A DNA stretch of 50,247 bases, taken from assembly GCA_026395615.1 (NCBI GenBank), contig JAPLYH010000051.1:6318-56564 (forward strand), written 5' to 3'. Within the stretch, counting starts at the first letter, position 1. Each line of letters begins with the position of its first letter. The notes under the pieces were generated by a model that was not told the origin of the DNA, made no database searches, and saw only the letters and a program-made list of their open reading frames with translations. This DNA is from Candidatus Parcubacteria bacterium (GTDB lineage Bacteria; Patescibacteriota; Minisyncoccia; Minisyncoccales; PEYH01). Made by a program: the position numbers and the translations under genes. Of this stretch, positions 42,858-50,247 are shown in pieces.

Positions 42858-43283
42858 TTATTCTTTTCCTTCCATTTCTTTATACACGGTACCCAATACT
42901 CCGTTAACGAATTTTCCTGACGATTCACCTCCGAACATTTTTGCTAATTCAATCGCCTCATTGATTGCTACCTTAGGTGGAACCTCTTCTTTACTAGAAT
43001 AAATTAATTCATAAAGCCCTATTCTTAAAACATTTCTATCCACTATATTTATTTGTTCAATCGGCCACTCTGGCGCCGCTTTTTCAATAATCTTATCTAT
43101 CTTATCCATATTATCAGATACACCAAGAGCTAATTTACGAGCAAATTCAGTATCTTCTAAGCCAGGCCCGAACTCTTTAATATTTCTTTCTAAAACCTCG
43201 GGAAGATTTACTTTATCACCCATAAAGTCCTTCTCATACAATGATTGCATCGCTATACTTCTTGAAAGATGTCTGCTTCCCAT
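42858..43283 (-). CDS. nusB: transcription antitermination factor NusB
   Basis: 141 aa: [11 protein letters not shown]...[13 protein letters not shown]...[14 protein letters not shown]. Confidence 0.85.
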   Translation of the reverse strand: MGSRHLSRSIAMQSLYEKDFMGDKVNLPEVLERNIKEFGPGLEDTEFARKLALGVSDNMDKIDKIIEKAAPEWPIEQINIVDRNVLRIGLYELIYSSKEEVPPKVAINEAIELAKMFGGESSGKFVNGVLGTVYKEMEGKE

Positions 43284-43298
43284 TTTATTGAAAATTTA

Positions 43299-43574
43299 CT
43301 ACTTGCTTAATGATTCCATTGTTAATGGTTTATCTTGAGCTTTTTTATCTTCCTTCATTTCTTTCTCTTTCTTCTTACGTTCTTTCTTGTCTAATTTTTT
43401 CAACACATCAACCACCATTCTTCCTTTATAATAACCGCAATTCTTGCATAATGTATGGCGAGCTACTGACTTTCCACATTTGGGACAAATACTCAAACTC
43501 GGCTGCTCTAAAAATATATGCTGTCTTCTTTGGTTTTTACTTGATTTAGTTGTTTTATGCCTAGGTACTCCCAT
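43299..43574 (-). CDS. rpmF: 50S ribosomal protein L32 with K/E-rich tail
   Basis: MGVPRHKTTKSSKNQRRQH...CPKCGKSVARHTLCKNCGYYKG zinc ribbon. Confidence 0.85.
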   Translation of the reverse strand: MGVPRHKTTKSSKNQRRQHIFLEQPSLSICPKCGKSVARHTLCKNCGYYKGRMVVDVLKKLDKKERKKKEKEMKEDKKAQDKPLTMESLSK

Positions 43575-43698
43575 ATTACTTTGTTCGTTTTAAACGAGTT
43601 TAATAAATTAAAAGTGGATAAAAAAAGAAAACGCCTATAAACCACTACTATGTTATTAGCAGATAACTTAAAAAAAAGCAAGAAAAATTAATACAATT

Positions 43699-45831
43699 TT
43701 ATTGAGGAGCTATTTCTATCCACCCAGGCATCGGAAGTTTAATACTCGTATTCTTTGTTTTTTCACAAATACCAACCGAGTCGCTTACCCTTAGGGTGAC
43801 AGAATTATTTCCTGCGCTAAAAAATTGGATGTGCGGTTCAGCACTAGAAGAGTTAGTACTATCAACAAACGATGCGGTTCCTGGAATAATCCACGACCAA
43901 GAATTACAAGATACCTCATTATTGCTTGAATTATAACACTTTGATAAATTATCCATAATCACTGTTTCTTCAACTGCCGGACTTGCTGGCTCCCAATTAA
44001 AATCAGACCAAGGATAAGCATGCCATGGAGTTGGTACATCTACGGTGCCAGACCAATCATACGACCAAACACCATTAATATCCTTAACTTTTGACCCACT
44101 GTCGGTAAGGGAACCACATCAACACCAGATGTTCCACGAGATCCGGGAGCAACGCTCTGCGCTATTGTAAATTCCTGTATCACACCGCCTCCAAAACCCG
44201 GGTTAGGAGCTATATCAATCTTATATTCTGCCTGAGGATTATCTCCTGTATATAACCAACTAAAATCAATATGTCCTTTCTTTTGTATAGATGTGCAATA
44301 ACTGGTCGAATCCCTTCTAAAATCGCTTACAACCGGAGCACTTGAAAAACTAAAATTCGTTTGAACTTTGTGGTCATTTGTCACGCCGCACGATGTACCC
44401 TGATTATCACAATTAAAACTTATCCAACCCATTACATCGCCTCCCCATGCCCAACCATGAAATTCACCATCATCCGTATCAATATATACGCCATAATTTG
44501 CGCCTCCATCAGTCGAATCTTTTCTTAATTTTATCCAACCATCCCAACCATCTCCATAACCAACTGCTCTTGCCCAACCATAAACGCAGCCGACACTTCC
44601 ACAAACATTACCATCCAAATCAACCTTCGCAGTGCTATTCGGCGCACCCGGCCTGCCAGATAAAGACGGGTTAAAATCGATCCAACCAATTTCATTTATT
44701 CCAGTATTTGGGTCATTCATATCATAATAAGCATAGCCAACCAAATTGCCATCTGCTTCTATATCTACTCCATAATTTGCCCCTGTGTTTAAATTTTTAC
44801 AACTGAAACTGGCCCATCCTAATCCTAATTTTTGTGGAGAAACTGACTGAGGTGCTCCTGCCCACGCCCAACCAGAAACATTATGATTTTGGCAAGTGCT
44901 GACAACAGTTACCCCTGTTCCAGAGGCTACTCTACTTACTCCTCCCCCGCCAGAGAAATCAGCGGTATCACTGAAACTTCCTGCGCTTGTTGGAGAAAAT
45001 TGAATAGTTGCTGTTTGGCTCGCTCCACCAGAAAGATTGTAAGAGCAACCGCTTGTGCAGGAAAATGGCGCAGCCAAACCGGTCACAGAACCAGACAGAG
45101 TTCCACCGCCTGTATTTTGGATTGTAAAGTCTAAATAAGAAGAGAGTCCGATATTAACATTCCCAAAGCTCAAAGAAGCAGGAGTGACAGAGATTGCCGG
45201 AGGATTAACTATTCTTGTTTGGACAGAATAATCTCTAATATTACAAAAAGGACGGCTACAGTTGATCATATATAGTCGAACATATCTTCCTGTAACTTCG
45301 GAGAAGGTTTTCTCTACCCAAGCGTCTGGAGTGTTTACGGTCCAACTAGTGACAACACTTGTCCAAGTAGAAGCATCATCTGAAACATCTATATTCATCG
45401 GAAAAGGTTTTCTCTACCCAAGTATCTGGAGTACTTACAGTCCAACTAGTGACAACCCTTGTCCAAGTAGAAGCATCATCTGAAACATCTATATTCATTG
45501 TCTGAGGAACATCGTAAGAATATATCCACACCCTCACTGCACTGATACATTTTTTACTGTCTAAATTTCCATAAGTCCACTTTGGAGCTCCTGTCGCACT
45601 ACCAAACCAATAATCGGTAGTGATACCATTAGAGACATTAGAACATGGATAATAAGAAGGGCTATATTCGTCACTACAAACATCTGTGCCTGTTATCTGA
45701 TAGGATGCAGTACCGCCACAATCCGCAGCCTCTACTTTCTCATGATTATTTGTTGGGTAATAAAACCCCACTAGCATGATGCCAGTTATTATCAGCAAGC
45801 TAATCAAAATTTGTTTGCGGAAAAATTTCAT
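43699..45831 (-). pseudogene. secreted multidomain surface protein (discoidin-like, HYDIN/PapD-like and PKD-like modules) broken at two sites
   Basis: Three consecutive ORFs (45376-45831, 44040-45398, 43699-43962). The first junction is a 100-bp tandem duplication. At the second, the downstream frame is already open from 44118 and reads ...SKVKDINGVWSYDWSGTVDVPTPW... into the PKD-like end. Confidence 0.6.
45299..45498. repeat. 100-bp tandem duplication (2 copies, 7 mismatches)
   Basis: gtccaagtag recurs at 45361 and 45461. The copies encode MNIDVSDDASTWT(S/R)VVTSWTV(N/S)TPD(A/T)WVEKTFS. Confidence 0.95.
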
Positions 45832-45867
45832 AATAATCAGGATTTTATTAATTTAATCATCAATTTA

Positions 45868-48800
45868 TCACCTCCATCCCGTGGAAGTACAGGTCGTTTT
45901 TTTAACAGTATCTTGAGAACAATCAGGGTTACCCGCACCCATACCATTATACGATATTAAATATACACTCCAATACGCTCTTGCTGTCCAAGAATCTGAA
46001 ACACAATGATTTACACAGTTATAATAACAAGTACTGCCGCTTGCAAAATATGTCGGTTCTTTAGTAGTATCCGTCGTATATGCGCAATTTATATTAGCAG
46101 TTTGAGCACACGTACCTGAAGTACAACACCCGCCATCACAAAAACCACAAGCTTTACAGGTAACATTATCATCTGTCCAACCCACATGAGGTGATCTTCC
46201 ATCACATTGAGAAGGCGCACCACACCCAAAAGGAGAACTGCCAGATTGACAAAGCCCATAACCTCCACCTGTCCATTCACACGCTCCGGCGCAATTCATT
46301 GCACAATCTGAAGAACAATTAGAAGCAGTTTCTCCACAAGAAGAATTACAAACTCCATTTCCACAAGAATAACAGCTCGTTGAACAATTTGTTGTGTGAC
46401 TCTCTGTACATCCATCTCCATCGCTATCGTAACAATTATTATAAGTGGTTCCAGAACATCCAGAAGAAGAACATTCATTAGTACATAAACAGCTTGTATC
46501 ATAATTGCAATACGCGTATGTGGCGTTATCAGTAAGACATTTATCAGTAGTAGAGACACAATCCTCAATAGATGACCATGATGACCAAGTTCCATAAGTT
46601 ATAGTGCCATTACAATTTGCACCAGAGCCAGAACATTTTTGACTATTCGTTCTGTTCATACTTTGAGGATCACTACCACAGGTCGTTCCCGTACATTGAT
46701 AATCATATTCTGTCCAAGTATTGCAAACATAAGAAGAAGGATTGAAAGAATCACTGGGGCAAGTTGTGCTTGAACCAGTACAATATTCTGTAACATCACA
46801 AGCCCCTGCTGAAGCTCGACAAACATAACTTGACGACCGATAATTACACCCATCACAACAAGCGCCTGAAGAACAAGTGCAAGCAGGACTTACTGTAATT
46901 GTTGCCCAATTATAAGCTGTTGTTCCACCTCTATCAACTCTTATCGCTGCTGTATATGTTCCTATGGAAGAATAATTACAAATATCGGTGGCAGTGTAAG
47001 AAGTAGCAGAAGTTGTTTGGTCTAGCTCATAAATTCCATCATTGGTGCAGTCAAATCTGTACCTAATATTGCCTGTTGCTGTTCCGGAAACGCTAGCTGT
47101 AAAATCAACACCATTTAATGGCGCTGTGCCAGAAGAAGGACTGGCAGAAAGAGTAGTAGAAAGAGTTGAAGCAACCAAATTCCCTTTTACAATTTTCGCA
47201 TTGGTGGCTGACTTTGCTATTATGCCGTCAACAACAATACTTTTGAGATTATTGAAAATTAATCTTGAATTAGCGTTAATTTGAACTGTAACGCCTGTTC
47301 CTATTGTAAGATTACGTAAGATTACCTCCTTCCACACCATCATCGCCCGTAATTTCACATAAAGTGCTACCTCCAAGAGTTGCTGTACTTATAGTATAAT
47401 TCGTGTTTGTCGTGCCTGTTGGAATACATTTTGGCGTTATCCCATTTCCAGAAACAGGTCTACTCGCTCCAGCTGCCCCAGAGAATACAACAGTACCACT
47501 GAAGCTTCCAACGCTTGTAGGACTAAACTTAATTGTAGTGGACTGACTGGCTCCAGCAGTGAGATTATATGTACAACCATTAAAGCAAGAAAATGGCGCC
47601 GTTAAACCGCTTACAGAACCTAATAATGCTCCTCCACCCGTGTTTTGAACAGTAAAATCCATATTATAATAAGCTCCATTATTAACATTGCCAAAATTAA
47701 GAGATGCAGGAGTAACAGAAATGGTGGGGTTGGGCAGTGTATATGTAACACTCAACTTCGGCTCGTAGCCTGAACCTGTCTCGGCAGTATAAGGATAAAT
47801 ATACTCTTCATAAAAAATTCCGCTGATATCATTAGAACTCCTAAGACATAGTTTAGTTATCGCACCTGTGCCTTTTTGAATCCATCCGATTCCCTGGGAG
47901 CTCATAGGAATATTGACATATAGACCAAAATTAGTATTAAATGCGCTACTACCTATCTGTCCACCGTTACCTGAATAATACCCTTTATAAAAGTCACTCC
48001 CGCTTAAAGGAATTTGAGGATGGCTTGGTTGTCCGCTCTGAATAACCACATTAAAGCTTCCTGGACCAGGACTACCGCTCATTAAACCAAGGGTTGCTGC
48101 GCTAATGGTCGCAGTTGAAGGAATTGCGGATGTATCAAAATATACAAATCCTCTCATTATTCTATACTTTCCCTGAGAAGTGCTATATTGCCCAACACTC
48201 AAATCGTATGTCCTTACATAATCAGCGGTATAAAGATTCCAAACGCTTGAATAATTTGTAGAGCCAATGGGCATTAAATCACCATCTTCCAAAGAAGAAG
48301 AACCAACATAAGAATCATCAATGACAACGGGGTAATCAACTGAATCAAAACTTGACGAACTTAAAATTTTTCTATCTCCATCTATCCTGAAGCTCTCTAA
48401 AGGATTTTTTTTAGCATCAATAGCATAAGGGGCGGATGCTCTAAGGTTGCCCGATATATTTGACTTTATTTCAATATCGCCGTTCGGGTTTAATGCAAAT
48501 ATATAAAATTCTAAAATGTTTCCCTCTATTAATCTCAGCTGTCTTTTACAAATCCCGTAATCCCACTCAAGAACATTGTTATGATAATTTTTATTATAAG
48601 GATCATTTTTTAATAAAATCGGGGTATCAGAAATAGGCATCACTTCTTTTTCATTAAGGAAAATCTGAGGATTCCACTTGGCTATATCTCCTTTTTTAAT
48701 ACCTTCAGATAAATCATAAATGGCGCTTACCATAGTATTCGCGCCATTAACGGAGACAGCAAAAAAATTATTCCCACCCTCAAATAAACCTTCTTCTTTC

Positions 48801-49111
48801 TGTGCCCAAGCAATATTAATTTCTTCCCCATCCTGATTAATTTTGGGCACACTGGAAATCTCCGCCTGGAATTTTCCATTGCCTAAATTTTCCACCAAAG
48901 TATAGGGGTTAATATATTTTTTAGTTCCCGGGACTGTATCAGACAACTCTTGGTAAAATTTAATCATTTCCTCCTGTGTCAAAATTTTACCTCCTGGCTG
49001 AGGTTCATTGGGTTTAATAGTTTTAAATTGAAGTATGAAAAACAAAGCGACCGCAATGACTATTACTAGTAAAATTGCAGGAAAAATAATCTTATTATTT
49101 ATTTTTAACAT
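45868..49111 (-). pseudogene. about 1077-aa secreted surface protein (HYDIN/PapD-like module, PKD-like module, Cys-rich C-terminal half) split by a 10-bp tandem duplication
   Basis: The upstream ORF ends ...GGNLT*. Deleting one copy of gtaagattac reads ...GGNLTIGTGVTVQINANS... straight into the downstream ORF. Confidence 0.7.
47306..47325. repeat. 10-bp perfect tandem duplication gtaagattac x2
   Basis: Read directly at 47306-47315 and 47316-47325. It creates the stop at 47312-47314. Confidence 0.95.
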
Positions 49112-49133
49112 ATTTTTAAATACATTATAAAAA

Positions 49134-49628
49134 TTAAGGAGCGGAGTGCCAGAAAAGCCCCATTTGGTTTTTCTGACCAGCTTTTAATAAATATTCAAAA
49201 TTAACCTGATAAGATATTCCTGGTTCTAAATTTTGGGGATTCCAATTAATTTTATAATGCGCAATATTTTTTTCTTTATCCTCAAAGAAACGGACAAAAT
49301 TTAAAATCTTAAATCCATTTCCATCTTGGACGGTAGCTACAGCGGATTCAATTTCATCTGGATTCTTTAAAATAAGAATTATTGTTTGCTCTTCTCCTTG
49401 TTTTAATTCAAAAGGGTCAAACATTACTTCCACAAAGTTTCCAGCTTCATCTCCTGAAATAGAAAATCTATCTCCCCTTTGAGATAATTCATAAGGTTTA
49501 TTAGTATTCCCCAGCGATATCAGCTCTTCGTTCATTGTCCACCAGCCCTCAATATCTCCCCACAGCCAAATACCTAAAAGAATAACCAATAATAGGACAA
49601 TTATCATAAAGGAGATTGTTTTTTCCAT
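49134..49628 (-). CDS. hypothetical secreted or anchored protein
   Basis: 164 aa with N-terminal helix ISFMIIVLLLVILLGIWLW. Confidence 0.6.
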   Translation of the reverse strand: MEKTISFMIIVLLLVILLGIWLWGDIEGWWTMNEELISLGNTNKPYELSQRGDRFSISGDEAGNFVEVMFDPFELKQGEEQTIILILKNPDEIESAVATVQDGNGFKILNFVRFFEDKEKNIAHYKINWNPQNLEPGISYQVNFEYLLKAGQKNQMGLFWHSAP

Positions 49629-49658
49629 AATGATTGATTATTAATCATTAATCACTAA

Positions 49659-50247
49659 TCATTTTCTAAAAGAATCAATATCTATAAAAGATTTAACTGT
49701 TTGGTCATCGTATAAATTACCCTTATCTTCTGCGTGGTCTAAACGAGTGGCAATCAAACGATAAGAAAACTTAGAATTCTCTTGCCCTTGTGCTAATTTA
49801 ATAATGAATTTTGAGCCATCAATATAGGCATAAAGAGAAGCGTTATCTTGAGTTGAAACAAAAGGAATAATACTTTCTCTATAAGCGGTCTGCCAAAATA
49901 ACCACAAATCAGAACCTTCCAATTCTTTTGCCAAATCAAGCTCTAAACTATCCCCTATCAATTGGGATTCCCCGACTACCTCTATCTTCTGACCAATTGA
50001 ATCAGGCAAATAACTGGTATATTTTTTATTGTTGATATTAAATACCGGGTCAATTTCTCTCACGCCCTTAAGTTTATAACCTACAAAATCAATCCACGGC
50101 GCAGGCAATGTGCTTCCCGTATTTATAATAAATGGAGAATTGCCTAATGCCGTGCCACTTGTCCATACAGTAATATAGTTAGCTGTACCACTTCCACCTA
50201 TTCCTCCAGTTGGAGTTTGCCAAGTAGCCAAACCAGTGGCATCAGAA
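49659..50247 (-). CDS. C-terminal part of a larger protein (runs off the right edge); tail-fibre/adhesin-like GSGTANYITVWT...LGNSPFII motif
   Basis: The frame is open through 50247 (...SDATGLATWQTPTGGIGGSGTANYITVW...). The track's TTG start is probably internal. Confidence 0.6.
   Translation of the reverse strand, partial: SDATGLATWQTPTGGIGGSGTANYITVWTSGTALGNSPFIINTGSTLPAPWIDFVGYKLKGVREIDPVFNINNKKYTSYLPDSIGQKIEVVGESQLIGDSLELDLAKELEGSDLWLFWQTAYRESIIPFVSTQDNASLYAYIDGSKFIIKLAQGQENSKFSYRLIATRLDHAEDKGNLYDDQTVKSFIDIDSFRK

Noticed and set aside
45299-45498. The 100-bp repeat pair as a diversity-generating retroelement template/variable repeat.
   Set aside because: The copies are directly adjacent. 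The 7 differences are not adenine-specific, and no reverse transcriptase gene is in the window.

Overview
The window is AT-rich, gene-dense and almost entirely minus-strand. It reads like a small-genome bacterium of the Patescibacteria/CPR type. That placement is an inference from compact housekeeping operons, mostly Shine-Dalgarno-less starts, giant Cys-rich surface proteins and a minimal dcw cluster. Recognisable content: two MacA/MacB-like adaptor-ATPase-permease triads, an ECF sigma factor with a membrane partner, prmC, rlmE, a NUDIX hydrolase, dnaX, cysS, dnaB, rplU, rmuC, mraZ-rsmH-ftsL-ftsI, rplJ-rplL, a DJ-1/PfpI protein, mltG, pcm, rpmG, trmD, a KH protein, rpsP, rnc, nusB and rpmF. 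There are seven tRNA genes (Gln, Glu, Val, Trp, Thr, Tyr, plus a degraded Trp half-copy) and a right-hand cluster of very large secreted or surface proteins. Three things stand out. (1) Five visibly GC-richer islands sit in this AT-rich background. Four are complete stand-alone units with a sigma70-like promoter, a strong AGGAGG-type ribosome-binding site that native genes mostly lack, a small or repeat-rich ORF, and a hairpin terminator. The fifth (35.5 kb) has no credible ORF and folds as a three-way-junction RNA. I could not assign any of them to a known family. (2) A 24-25-nt GC-rich palindromic intergenic element recurs five times. It brackets one island as perfect direct repeats, and in two copies it carries a promoter-like extension. 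(3) Six genes are broken. Three are split by imperfect tandem duplications of 10, 37 and 100 bp (each 3n+1), two by homopolymer indels, and one by a missing base. This needs read-level checking before any biological reading. No CRISPR array, integrase, transposase, reverse transcriptase or rRNA gene was found.
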